This document shows, one piece after another, positions 30,524 through 40,606 of a DNA stretch of 64,000 nucleotides. The DNA is from an uncultured Bacilli bacterium (GTDB taxonomy: Bacteria; Bacillota_I; Bacilli_A; RF39; UBA660): assembly GCA_934090795.1 (NCBI GenBank), contig CAKOJQ010000003.1, positions 33,252-97,251 of the forward strand, written 5' to 3'. The notes beneath the pieces are model-generated. The model saw only the letters and a list, made by a program, of their open reading frames with translations. It was not told the DNA's origin and ran no database searches. The position numbers and the translations under genes were made by a program. Every line of letters begins with the position of its first letter. Within the stretch, counting starts at the first letter, position 1.

Positions 30524-30583
30524 TTTAAACCTCCAAACATACAATATACTATATTAAAAATAATATTAATGCAATTTAGAATT

Positions 30584-32359
30584 TTAAAAAATTTTTAATT
30601 TTGGCTTATCTTTTAATTCAAATCTATCAACTAATTCTTCAATAGATATACCAAATTTTCTTTCAAATTCATCATTGCTCATATAAAATAAAATATTTAA
30701 CTTTCCATTTTTATCTAATAAAGGTAAACCAAACTTAATTGTTAGCTTTACTTTAATATAAAATGCATAAATAGTACCTGTTAATAAAACTTGTTTATTT
30801 TTTTCTAAATCAATTCCTCTTTGAATACAAACTTTTTTTATAGCTTTATAATCATTTATTGTATTAAAACGCATTCCTATTTGTAAAAGTAATATTCCTT
30901 GATTACTTAGAGGAGCACATCTATTTCTTTGATTTATAATCCACTTACCTAAATTTATTCTACTATTATTCGAATATGTAACTCCATCATTTGTTTTAAA
31001 GTTTTGAGGAATTTCTAAATTTCCATATTTTTCATAATAATTTTTTGCAAGTTCATAATAATATCCCCAAATATTATTAATTTTTCTTTGATACTCAACC
31101 AATTTATTATACAAGTCAGTATTAAGAACCTCAATATTCAAAAAAATATCATTTTTAAAATTTCCCTCAATTATACTTTTACTAAATAATTTATTTTTAA
31201 TTGTAGTATCCAATTCATTCATATATTCAAAATTACCAGCCAAATCAATTATCACAGGATTATTATCACGGTTAACAGCTAAAGCTCTACCTAATTGTTC
31301 AAAGAAAATAATATCAGATGATGTTCCTCTTCCCATAATAACACCATCTATATTTGGTGCGTGAATTCCTTCATTATACTGATTAATTGCAAACATGACT
31401 CTTAGCTTATCACTAACATCATTCCCATTTAAATCAATATCATGATAAAAGGCTTCTCTATTTCTTTTACCTTCTATTCCCATGTCACTTGTTGTTGTAT
31501 AAAAGATAATATTTTCTTCATCTGTTACTTGTTTAAACCATTCTATTGCTTCTTGTTTTACAGTCTCGATATCATTCACACCTTTTTCTGAAAATTGAGG
31601 ACAAAAATAAATTATTTTAGAATTTTTATGAATTGTATCTATAATTATCTTATTTATACTTGGAGCATTACCTATCCTTTTTTTAATATTTTCTAATTCT
31701 TCTAGATTATTATCTAAACCTAAAGCCTTAGTTCTTATTTCTAACTTTTTTAATATTTCTTCTAAACCAACAGCACTAGTCTTATAAACTACTTTTTGTG
31801 GTAATACGCCATCAATAATAGCGTCACTAATATCATATCTACTTACTATTTTATTAGAAAATAATTCATCAGTCTCTGGATTAGCCATATCTCTTTCGTA
31901 AGACTTATTTCGATTTCTTATTGTATAAGCAGTCATACCAAACACTTTCATATTTGGATGTGTTTCAATTAATGTCTTGGTACGATCTTCCCAAACAGGA
32001 GCACCTAAATGATGAAATTCATCTAATATTAATAAATCACAATTAATATTTTCTATTTCTTCAAAAGATAAATTAATTAAACTTTGATAAGTTCTAAATT
32101 CTACATTAGCAAAATCTTTTTTAACACTTAGATTAGATTCTTTAATAATATTTTCTAAATGTTCTATAATTCCATTTGAAGGTACCAAATAAACAATTTT
32201 TTTCTTTTGATTATTATAAGCTAAGTTTAATCCAAGATAACTTTTACCAGTACCCGTTGCATGTACTATTCCAACTACATTTTCACCACTTTTATAAGCA
32301 TCTTCTATTTTTTTATAAGTTTCTTTATTATGATTATATAATTTTAAACCTTTATTCAT
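30584..32359 (-). CDS. SF2 helicase (ResIII/DEAD-like) with 1-2 HA-like repeats; paralogue of 26082..28553
   Basis: N-terminal 400 aa ~75-80% identical to helicase 1 (MNKGLKLYNHNKETYKKIEDAYKSGENVVGIVHATGTGKSYLGLNLAY...LILDEFHHLGAP...). C-terminal has a single clear repeat plus a degenerate one. Confidence 0.7.
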   Translation of the reverse strand: MNKGLKLYNHNKETYKKIEDAYKSGENVVGIVHATGTGKSYLGLNLAYNNQKKKIVYLVPSNGIIEHLENIIKESNLSVKKDFANVEFRTYQSLINLSFEEIENINCDLLILDEFHHLGAPVWEDRTKTLIETHPNMKVFGMTAYTIRNRNKSYERDMANPETDELFSNKIVSRYDISDAIIDGVLPQKVVYKTSAVGLEEILKKLEIRTKALGLDNNLEELENIKKRIGNAPSINKIIIDTIHKNSKIIYFCPQFSEKGVNDIETVKQEAIEWFKQVTDEENIIFYTTTSDMGIEGKRNREAFYHDIDLNGNDVSDKLRVMFAINQYNEGIHAPNIDGVIMGRGTSSDIIFFEQLGRALAVNRDNNPVIIDLAGNFEYMNELDTTIKNKLFSKSIIEGNFKNDIFLNIEVLNTDLYNKLVEYQRKINNIWGYYYELAKNYYEKYGNLEIPQNFKTNDGVTYSNNSRINLGKWIINQRNRCAPLSNQGILLLQIGMRFNTINDYKAIKKVCIQRGIDLEKNKQVLLTGTIYAFYIKVKLTIKFGLPLLDKNGKLNILFYMSNDEFERKFGISIEELVDRFELKDKPKLKIF

Positions 32360-32692
32360 ATATTTTATCCCCTTATTCTTTATTTCCTTTTTTTATTTAA
32401 TTTAAGTTAGATTAGCACATAAAATTTTGTATTTCATATGTGTTAATAGACTATCTCATCCTTAAATTAATACATATTTTAGCATAATTTTAGATAAAAC
32501 ACAAACATTTTTTTGCTTATATATTCGCCACTTATTGGAAAAATTATTTTAGAAACCACTTCTTCGGCATATACTTTGTTATTAATTATAACTAGTTCGA
32601 AAAAATTATTTTAACAATAGAATGATTATCATATATATTGCCTTTAAAAATTTATTATTTAATTTATATTTTCAAACATTTAATTCTTTCTT

Positions 32693-34330
32693 TTATTTAC
32701 CATCTATTATTTTTTTCTTTATGTCTTTATCAATTGGAGACAATGGTAACTCTAGACCATATTTAATAAATAAATCTTTATGTTTAGACATTTCTATATT
32801 AAATTGTTGTCTTAGTTCATCATTTTTGCCTATTTCATTAAGTAATATTTTTGAATACTCCAAAAATTCTTTTTTATCCCTTTTTAGAAATTTTTTATCT
32901 TTAAAATAACTTAAATCAATTTTAGCAAGACGATGAAATATTAAAGTAAATAAACCTGATAATAGTAAGCCCATTGCTACATTAAGAGTAGTATCTGTGC
33001 TTTCAAATTCTTTAGATTCTAAATCTATCGTTTTATATATTATCTCATAATAATCAACTAATTCTGTATACTTAATTGGCGACTTTGATATATCTATAAT
33101 ATTCTTTTTAGATTCAGGTAATAAATTATTTGATTGGATATATTCAATATATTTTTCCATATCATCGTATCCTAAAAAACTTAAATCATAGGTTTTTGTT
33201 TCTCTTAATTTTAATTTTGCTTCGGCTGCGCCATAATTATATTCTCTACTTTTTCTTCCTTCTTTTTTAGCAGTTTTATCATCTAAAACATGATATTCAA
33301 TAAGATATGTTTGCTCTGGCTTTATTTCATCTACAAATCCAATTATTTCTTTTGTATTAGAAGATGTAACTTGATTTGTAATTGAATTGTATATTTCAGT
33401 ATTAGTTTCATAATAATATGCTGATGTTAATTCCTTAAACCAAGAAAACACTCCAGAAAATATACCTATTGATATTGATAAGGTTATAGCAGTTGAAATT
33501 AGTGATGTAAATAATTTTAATAATTCTTTTTTACATAATTTTTTAAAATATTGTACATTCTGATCAGCCTTTGTATAAGAACTATATGTGTGATAGATTT
33601 GACTGTCACTTTTATCAATTAAAGATAATAAATTTGTCATATCATCTTTGATAGACTCTTCTAATTTTTCTTTTTCATCTCTAAAAACAATTGTTTTTAT
33701 AAAACTATTATCTAGAAGTTCAGCTGGATTCAAATTCTTCTTAGCATTGTAATAACATACTTCAATTTCCGGATATTCAGTTAAATCTATGGTCTTAATA
33801 TATTCTTCAATCATTAAACTTATAAACATAGTATCATTAATATCATACTTACAAAATTCTAATAGTTCGCTTTTTTGATTCAATTTTATCTCTATAAAAA
33901 TAACTTTTAAAATAGCATTATAGAATGGTTCAACTACTTGTTTTTCATCCTCATAATCAACTACTGAAGAATTTCTTATTTTTCTTAAAAGAAGTTTTAT
34001 TTCATCTATTATTTCGTTTAAGTTTTCACTAGTAATATTAACTTTATTTAAATATTTGACATAATAATATACTTTAACATAAATAGTATAACTATCTAAC
34101 TTGGCATCTAACTTTTCTAATTTTCCTGTAGCGTTTATATAGTCATTTATTATAATTCCTTCAAAACTATTTTTCTTAGAACTTTTAATATCATTATTAT
34201 TTTCTATTTTGATACTATCTAATTCTTCTCTTATTTTAGTTACATCAAAACCAATTTTTTCAATCTCTCTTATTTTGTTATCAATTTCAATTAATTTTGC
34301 TTTATAGCTAATTGCGACGTCTGTGTTCAT
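32693..34330 (-). CDS. Two-TM membrane protein with long N-terminal coiled-coil-like domain (paralogue A)
   Basis: 545 aa; AGGAGG RBS. TMs LISTAITLSISIGIFSGVF and LNVAMGLLLSGLFTLIF. N- and C-termini similar to 34334..36010. Confidence 0.45.
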   Translation of the reverse strand: MNTDVAISYKAKLIEIDNKIREIEKIGFDVTKIREELDSIKIENNNDIKSSKKNSFEGIIINDYINATGKLEKLDAKLDSYTIYVKVYYYVKYLNKVNITSENLNEIIDEIKLLLRKIRNSSVVDYEDEKQVVEPFYNAILKVIFIEIKLNQKSELLEFCKYDINDTMFISLMIEEYIKTIDLTEYPEIEVCYYNAKKNLNPAELLDNSFIKTIVFRDEKEKLEESIKDDMTNLLSLIDKSDSQIYHTYSSYTKADQNVQYFKKLCKKELLKLFTSLISTAITLSISIGIFSGVFSWFKELTSAYYYETNTEIYNSITNQVTSSNTKEIIGFVDEIKPEQTYLIEYHVLDDKTAKKEGRKSREYNYGAAEAKLKLRETKTYDLSFLGYDDMEKYIEYIQSNNLLPESKKNIIDISKSPIKYTELVDYYEIIYKTIDLESKEFESTDTTLNVAMGLLLSGLFTLIFHRLAKIDLSYFKDKKFLKRDKKEFLEYSKILLNEIGKNDELRQQFNIEMSKHKDLFIKYGLELPLSPIDKDIKKKIIDGK

Positions 34331-34333
34331 ATT

Positions 34334-36010
34334 TTATTTTCCTCCTAATAATTTTTTCTTGGTAGTACTATCAAGTGCTTCTTTGGGAAGTTTAATTTCC
34401 ATCTGCTCAAATAAATCACCATATTTAGCTGCTTCGATATTAAATAATTCTCTAAGTTTCTCATTTTGACCAATTAACATTAGTAGTTCTTTAGTTTGTT
34501 CTAAAAATAATTTTTTATCATTTTTAAGATTTTCTTTTGCTTTCACACATCTTTTTAAATTCATAATTAGATGAAATTTACTATCATAGTTATAATAATC
34601 ATCTTTAGATAAATCTATATATATAATTCCCGCTTCTATGGCAATAGTTAAAATAGTAAGTATAATAGAAAATGCAATACTATTACTACTTGCTTCGACA
34701 TTTTTGGATTCTAAGTCTATAATATTATATACAATTTCATAATAATCTACATATTCTTGAATAATATCAACATTGTCTTTTATGTTAACAATTTCACTGC
34801 TATTAACAGGTACAGTAGCATTGCTATTCCAATAATCTAAATACCCATTAATATCTTGATATTTTAAATAGCTTAAATCATAAATGGTTTTTCTTCGATA
34901 CCACATAGCATCTTCCTCTGAAATTCCAGAAATATAATTTACTTTAGAATTATAGTCATCAATATCATCATCAGTTAATCTATCATATTTAATAACATAG
35001 GCTGTTTCAGTTGTATCATCAACAATTTCTCGTTCATCACTATGGGTATAAGTATTATCATAAGAACTATATGTATCTTTACTAACATCATATGAATATT
35101 TTTTGAATAACTTTTTGCCTAAAAAATTAAATAAGCTAAAACTAGCTATTGGGATTGATAACGCTATGGCAACTGCAACAATTGATTTCATAAGTTCTTT
35201 AAATTCTAATTTAAATGTTCTAACACTATCTTCATATCTTTTTTCAGTATTAGAATAATCTTTATATTTTTCTTTAATATCTTTTTCAACTGACTCAATA
35301 TTTTTAACCATGTTATTAGCAGGAACTGTTATAACATTTTTTAATCTATCTTTTTCATCTTTAAATACTATTAATTTAAGAAAATCATTATCTAATAGTG
35401 AACTATTACTGCCATTTCTTTTGATTTCATAGTATTTAGCTTCAATTTCGGGATATTTTTCAAAATTAATTTCATCGACTGTTGACTTTATTTTTCTTTC
35501 GATAAATGATTTGTCGATTTCACTAGCTTTGCAAAATTCTAGCAAAGTGCTTTTTCCAGTATAATATATTTCAAAACAAATTACTTTAAAAACACCTGTG
35601 TAAAAAGGCTCAACAATTTTCTTTTCTTCTTCATAATCAATCACTGATGAATTACCAAGACTTCTAAGTAATTTTTTAATTTCACCAACAATTTCACTTA
35701 TTTTATCTTCTTTAATATAATTTTTATCTAAATATTCAGCATAATTATTAACTTTAATATATATTTCAAAAGAATCTAAACTAGAATCTAATTTTTCTAA
35801 TCTTGCCATTGCATTAGAATAATCAGCAATTATAAATCCTTCAAAATTTTTATTTTTAGATATTTTAACTTTTGAATTAGTATCAGTAATAATTTTTTCT
35901 ACTTCTTCTTTAAATGTCTTAACATTAAAACCAATTCTTTCTATTTCTTCTATTTTGTCTTCAACCTGGATTAGTTTAGCTTTATAATTTAGTGCTACAT
36001 CTGTATTCAT
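34334..36010 (-). CDS. Two-TM membrane protein (paralogue B); probable start MNTDVALNYK
   Basis: ORF track's 36100 start is longer. GGGGGAATGAG RBS before the ATG at 36008-10, and the N-terminus aligns with paralogue A (MNTDVAISYKAKLIEID... vs MNTDVALNYKAKLIQVED...). Confidence 0.45.
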   Translation of the reverse strand: MNTDVALNYKAKLIQVEDKIEEIERIGFNVKTFKEEVEKIITDTNSKVKISKNKNFEGFIIADYSNAMARLEKLDSSLDSFEIYIKVNNYAEYLDKNYIKEDKISEIVGEIKKLLRSLGNSSVIDYEEEKKIVEPFYTGVFKVICFEIYYTGKSTLLEFCKASEIDKSFIERKIKSTVDEINFEKYPEIEAKYYEIKRNGSNSSLLDNDFLKLIVFKDEKDRLKNVITVPANNMVKNIESVEKDIKEKYKDYSNTEKRYEDSVRTFKLEFKELMKSIVAVAIALSIPIASFSLFNFLGKKLFKKYSYDVSKDTYSSYDNTYTHSDEREIVDDTTETAYVIKYDRLTDDDIDDYNSKVNYISGISEEDAMWYRRKTIYDLSYLKYQDINGYLDYWNSNATVPVNSSEIVNIKDNVDIIQEYVDYYEIVYNIIDLESKNVEASSNSIAFSIILTILTIAIEAGIIYIDLSKDDYYNYDSKFHLIMNLKRCVKAKENLKNDKKLFLEQTKELLMLIGQNEKLRELFNIEAAKYGDLFEQMEIKLPKEALDSTTKKKLLGGK

Positions 36011-36029
36011 AAACTCATTCCCCCAATAA

Positions 36030-36080
36030 ATTAAGATATATATTACCATACTTTTAATGAAAAAGCAAACATTTTTTTGA
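36030..36080 (-). promoter_or_regulatory. Sigma-A-type promoter: A-tract + TTGCTT -35, 17-nt spacer, TAATAT -10 (minus strand)
   Basis: Reverse complement reads aaaaaaATGTTTGCTttttcattaaaagtatggTAATATatatc...GGGGGAatgagtttATG. The same AAAAAATGTTTGCTTTTT block recurs at 45721-40 and 49561-80, and as a variant at 32500-20. Confidence 0.4.
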
Positions 36081-36181
36081 TTTATAATATATAAAAACAC
36101 AAAAGAAAATCTAATGTGTTTAAATTATAAAATATAACATATTACGACCTATTTTACCCATCCTAAAATAACAATAACTGT

Positions 36182-38356
36182 TTACGCCCTAGTTGGATTA
36201 TTATCTATTTCAATATTTACTTTACTATTTAATTTATAAATATCATCTAAGTATTTTAAATGTTCTTTAACCAAATTATAGGCTTTATATTTTAATATTA
36301 TTTGAAATCTATAAACATTATTTATTTTAAACATTGCAGCAGTTGTTGGTCCTAAAATTATAACATTAGTAAGTTTTTTATCTAAATAACTTTTAACTTT
36401 AGATATTTCTTTAGATGCCTCATTATAATCTTTGGATGCAATTAAAATTTTAGTTATATAAAAGTATGGCGGATATTTAAGAATTTTTCTAATATTCATT
36501 TCATAATTATAAAGAGATTCATAATCATTATTTTTAGCATATTCTATTATTTTGTTATCACTATTAAATGTTTGAATTACAGCATCTGATTTATCACTTG
36601 CTCTTCCAGCTCTACCAATTGTTTGAGTAATAAGTTCAAAAGTATTTTCTCCACTTCTAAAATCAGGAATATTTAAAGAATCATCTGCATTAATTATGGC
36701 TGCTAATGTTACTTTAGGAAAATCAAAACCTTTACTAATCATTTGAGTACCAACAATTATGCTTACATCTTCGCTTTCTATTTTAGCTATAATTTCGTCT
36801 TGGCTACCTTTTTTACTGGTCGTATCAGCATCCATTCTAACTGTTTTAACATTATATCTTTTATTAATTTCTTCTTCTAACTTTTCAGTACCAAGTCCAA
36901 AATTAGTTAAAGATTTTTCCATACAACTTGGACAGGTATCGGGATTATTAATGGTATATCCACAATAATGGCATCTTAAATTATTACTTGTTTTATGATA
37001 AGTTAAAGATATTTCACAATGAGGGCATTTAAAGGTATAACCACAATTTTTACAATTAACAATAGTTGAAAACCCTCTTCGATTAAGCATTAATAAAACT
37101 TGTTCATTTGCTTTTAGTTTCTCCCTTATTTTTTGATCTAAATATTCACTTATAATCATATTTCTTTTTTTATATTCTTCTTGCATATCAACTATTTTGG
37201 TAGTAGGCATTACACTTTTTCCAATTCGTTTTGTTAAAGATAGTAAAGTATAAACCCTCTTTTTAGCTCTAGCCATTGTTTCAAGTGAAGGCGTTGCAGA
37301 ACCAAGTACAACTGGACAGTTATGATATTTACTTCTTAAAAGAGCAATATTTCTAGCATGATATCTAGGATTACTATCTTGTTTATAGTTACTACTTTGT
37401 TCTTCATCTAATATGATAATTCCAATTTTTTCAAAAGGAACAAATATAGCACTTCTAGTTCCAACAACAATATGAACATCTCCATTTAAAATTTTATGAT
37501 ATTCATCATATTTTTCACCATCTGATAAAGCACTATGGAAAATAGCAACATCACTACCAAATCTTGAATAAAATCTTGAAACTATTTGATGAGTTAAACT
37601 AATTTCCGGAACAAGAAGTATTGCACATTTACCTGTTTTAACTACTTTTTCAATTAACTCCATGTACACCTCAGTTTTGCCTGATCCAGTTACCCCATGA
37701 AGTAAAAATATTTCACTTTTATTAAAACTTGCCTCTACTTTTTCTACTACTTCTTTTTGTTCTAAAGTTAGTTCTTTTTTCTTAAAACTATTATTATCAA
37801 TATTTATACGATATTTATTAACTTTATTTATTTTAATAATACTTTCATTAACAAGTTTTTTAACTATATCTAAACTATATTCTTTTTTTAAGATTTTTTC
37901 ATTATTTAAAAGTCTATTAAGTAGTTCAATTTGTTTAATACTTCTTTTATTATTGTTAGTATAATTAATAGCAGAATCTTTATTTATTAATTCTAAATAT
38001 TCATCATATTTTTGATAACTACTTTTAATTGTTTTTATTTTCATAGAAGATGGAAGCATTGCTTGATATGCTTGAATAAGAGAACAAAGGGTTAATTCTT
38101 TTAATGTTTTACCAAGCTCTAATAACTCTTTATTTAAACAAAAGTATTCATCTGTAATACTTGCTATTTCTTTTAAATTATTGCTATTACAATTATTAGT
38201 TATTTCTAAGACAAATCCATTAATTAAGGTATTTCTAAAAGGAACTTTTACTTTCATTCCAACTTTTAAATTATCTTTTAAAATATCAGGAATAATATAA
38301 GTAAAGGTTTGATCTAGTGCTTTAGCACCATATTCAACTAAAATATTAGCATACAC
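36182..38356 (-). CDS. priA: Primosomal protein N' (replication restart helicase PriA)
   Basis: Walker A LLHGVTGSGKTEVY, DEEQ box, Cys4 zinc-finger cluster CKNCGYTFKCPHCEISLTYHKTSNNLRCHYCGY...CPSC. Confidence 0.85.
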   Translation of the reverse strand: MYANILVEYGAKALDQTFTYIIPDILKDNLKVGMKVKVPFRNTLINGFVLEITNNCNSNNLKEIASITDEYFCLNKELLELGKTLKELTLCSLIQAYQAMLPSSMKIKTIKSSYQKYDEYLELINKDSAINYTNNNKRSIKQIELLNRLLNNEKILKKEYSLDIVKKLVNESIIKINKVNKYRINIDNNSFKKKELTLEQKEVVEKVEASFNKSEIFLLHGVTGSGKTEVYMELIEKVVKTGKCAILLVPEISLTHQIVSRFYSRFGSDVAIFHSALSDGEKYDEYHKILNGDVHIVVGTRSAIFVPFEKIGIIILDEEQSSNYKQDSNPRYHARNIALLRSKYHNCPVVLGSATPSLETMARAKKRVYTLLSLTKRIGKSVMPTTKIVDMQEEYKKRNMIISEYLDQKIREKLKANEQVLLMLNRRGFSTIVNCKNCGYTFKCPHCEISLTYHKTSNNLRCHYCGYTINNPDTCPSCMEKSLTNFGLGTEKLEEEINKRYNVKTVRMDADTTSKKGSQDEIIAKIESEDVSIIVGTQMISKGFDFPKVTLAAIINADDSLNIPDFRSGENTFELITQTIGRAGRASDKSDAVIQTFNSDNKIIEYAKNNDYESLYNYEMNIRKILKYPPYFYITKILIASKDYNEASKEISKVKSYLDKKLTNVIILGPTTAAMFKINNVYRFQIILKYKAYNLVKEHLKYLDDIYKLNSKVNIEIDNNPTRA

Positions 38357-38422
38357 AATAAATACCTTCTTTCTAACTAATTTATATTATAGCAAATAAA
38401 AACATAAATAGTTTAAATAATT

Positions 38423-38983
38423 CTATCTATGTTTTAAATTTGAATTATTACCTAAAGAATATGTTTTAGGTTTTGATTCTTGGACTTCAGTTTGTTCATT
38501 AATTTCATCTAGTGTTTCGCCTATTTTATCATTTCCATATAATTCTTGGAATTTTAAAAATTTTTGTTTTTCTTCTTCTAAATAAGCAATCATTTCTTCA
38601 GGAGTCATATTATAATAATTTGTTTTTTCTTTAGATTCAATACATGCTTCTTCACTAGAAAATATTAATTTTTGTTTTGGTTCTTCTATTTTAATAATTT
38701 CCCCATTTTCAATAGCTTCTTGTTTTATTTCTTGATACATTTTTTCATAAGCAATAATAAAATAAAATGGTGCAACAATATTTACGATTGGAGTTAAACA
38801 TTCCAGTATAACTCCAAAAAAAGATACCAATTTTTCTGAAAAAGTTTCTGATTTTTCAACAACAGCCTTATATCCTTCTCTTTCTAATCTATTATTCATT
38901 GCCTTATTAGTCAATTCACCAGTAACATATGTTAAAAATGATGAAATTAACTCAATAATTAAAAGTATTTGTAATAATGACAT
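38423..38983 (-). CDS. Small 2-TM membrane protein, tandem family member 1 (186 aa)
   Basis: MSLLQILLIIELISSFLTYV TM1, second TM, then conserved C-terminal tail ...MTPEEMIAYLEEEKQKFLKFQELYGNDKIGETLDEINEQTEVQESKPKTYSLGNNSNLKHR. Confidence 0.55.
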   Translation of the reverse strand: MSLLQILLIIELISSFLTYVTGELTNKAMNNRLEREGYKAVVEKSETFSEKLVSFFGVILECLTPIVNIVAPFYFIIAYEKMYQEIKQEAIENGEIIKIEEPKQKLIFSSEEACIESKEKTNYYNMTPEEMIAYLEEEKQKFLKFQELYGNDKIGETLDEINEQTEVQESKPKTYSLGNNSNLKHR

Positions 38984-39010
38984 ATTCTTTCCTGCCTTTC
39001 AATGTTTTGT

Positions 39011-39039
39011 ATTATAATATATTTTATGGATAAACACAA
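39011..39039 (-). promoter_or_regulatory. Sigma-A promoter of family member 1: TTGTGT-17-TATAAT (minus strand)
   Basis: Reverse complement: catttagTTGTGTttatccataaaatatatTATAATacaaaacattgaaAGGCAGGAAAgaatATG. Confidence 0.5.
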
Positions 39040-39230
39040 CTAAATGTTTACAAATGTGTTTTAATTGAACGGGATATATTGATCAAATTTTTTGCCAATT
39101 TTTATAAGTTAAAGTGTTGTGTAATTTTAATTATTGTGAAGTAAAACTAATAAATATTTAAAAAAATATTTTACTGCTAATTTATATAAAATCAAAATAA
39201 CAAATAAAAACATAAATAGTTTAAATAATT

Positions 39231-39779
39231 CTATCTATGTTTTAAATTTGAATTATTACCTAAAGAATATGTTTTAGGTTTTGATTCTTGGACTTCAGTT
39301 TGTTCATTAATTTCATCTAGTGTTTCGCCTATTTTATCATTTCCATATAATTCTTGGAATTTTAAAAATTTTTGTTTTTCTTCTTCTAAATAAGCAATCA
39401 TTTCATCAGGAGTCATTGTTTTATAATCAATTTTTTCTTCTGATTCGTCTTTAATATTTTCATTTTCTTCTCCACCAAAGAATATTTCATCATTTATATA
39501 ATTTTTTCGTACATTTGGATATATTTTTTCAAAATTAAATATTATTATCCATGGGTACACCATATTAAATATAGGAATAATTGATATAAATAGTGTTTTT
39601 AGTATACTTTCAAGTATACTTTTAAAATTTTTATAAAATATTATTTGTGTTCCTGGTGCAAACCTATTTAACTCGTTTTTTATTCTTTTAAGAGTTATTG
39701 CCATAAATATTTCTTGAGTTACAGATGTAAAAATTGCAGACACAGCATATATTATTAAAAGTATTTTTAATAATGACAT
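39231..39779 (-). CDS. Small 2-TM membrane protein, tandem family member 2 (182 aa)
   Basis: Same architecture. The C-terminal 63 aa are identical to member 1, and the last ~200 nt plus ~60 nt of 3' flank are near-identical at DNA level. Confidence 0.55.
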   Translation of the reverse strand: MSLLKILLIIYAVSAIFTSVTQEIFMAITLKRIKNELNRFAPGTQIIFYKNFKSILESILKTLFISIIPIFNMVYPWIIIFNFEKIYPNVRKNYINDEIFFGGEENENIKDESEEKIDYKTMTPDEMIAYLEEEKQKFLKFQELYGNDKIGETLDEINEQTEVQESKPKTYSLGNNSNLKHR

Positions 39780-39806
39780 AACTTTTCCTTCCTTTCATTG
39801 GCTTGT

Positions 39807-39835
39807 ATTATAGCATATTTTCAAGTTGAATACAA
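39807..39835 (-). promoter_or_regulatory. Sigma-A promoter of family member 2: TTGTAT-17-TATAAT
   Basis: Reverse complement: cttttagTTGTATtcaacttgaaaatatgcTATAATacaagccaatgaaAGGAAGGAAAAgttATG. Confidence 0.5.
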
Positions 39836-40045
39836 CTAAAAGTTCGTAATATAATATTTAATTTTTCCGTTCCTTTTTGATTTTTCATTAATTTAATTCT
39901 TTATTTTTATTAATTTTCAATAAATTAAGGTATTTTGTAATTTTAACTATTGTGAAGTAATATTAATAAACATTTAAAAAATATTTTACAGATAATTTAT
40001 ATAAAAACAAAATAACAAATAAAAACATAAATAGTTTAAATAATT

Positions 40046-40582
40046 CTATTTATGTTTTAAATTTGAATTATTACCTAAAGAATATGTTTTAGGTTTTGAT
40101 TCTTGGACTTCAGTTTGTTCATTAATTTCATCTAGTGTTTCGCCTATTTTATCATTTCCATATAATTCTTGGAATTTTAAAAATTTTTGTTTTTCTTCTT
40201 CTAAATAAGCAATCATTTCTTCAGGAGTCATTGTTTTATAATTAATTTCTTTTTCTGATTCGTATTTAATATTTTCATTTTCTTCTTCATTAAATAATAT
40301 TTCATCATTTATATATTCTTTTCTTATCGTTTGATATATTTCCTCACGATAAGATATTAAAAAACATGGATATACTATATGGCATATAGGAATAATCGAT
40401 AAAACAATTAATAATTTTAGTACACTTTCAAAATCTCTAAAATTTACTTGCGATCCGTCTGTGACACTATCTAAATCTTTTTTTATTCTTTTTATAGTTA
40501 TTATGTTAAAAATTTCGTTAGTTGCAAGTGCAAAAATTGTGCATACACAATAAGTTATTATTTTTATTATTAATAATGACAT
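40046..40582 (-). CDS. Small 2-TM membrane protein, tandem family member 3 (178 aa)
   Basis: Same architecture; divergent TM region; conserved tail ending ...NLKHK. Confidence 0.55.
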   Translation of the reverse strand: MSLLIIKIITYCVCTIFALATNEIFNIITIKRIKKDLDSVTDGSQVNFRDFESVLKLLIVLSIIPICHIVYPCFLISYREEIYQTIRKEYINDEILFNEEENENIKYESEKEINYKTMTPEEMIAYLEEEKQKFLKFQELYGNDKIGETLDEINEQTEVQESKPKTYSLGNNSNLKHK

Positions 40583-40606
40583 AACTTTCCCCCTTCATTG
40601 CTTTGT

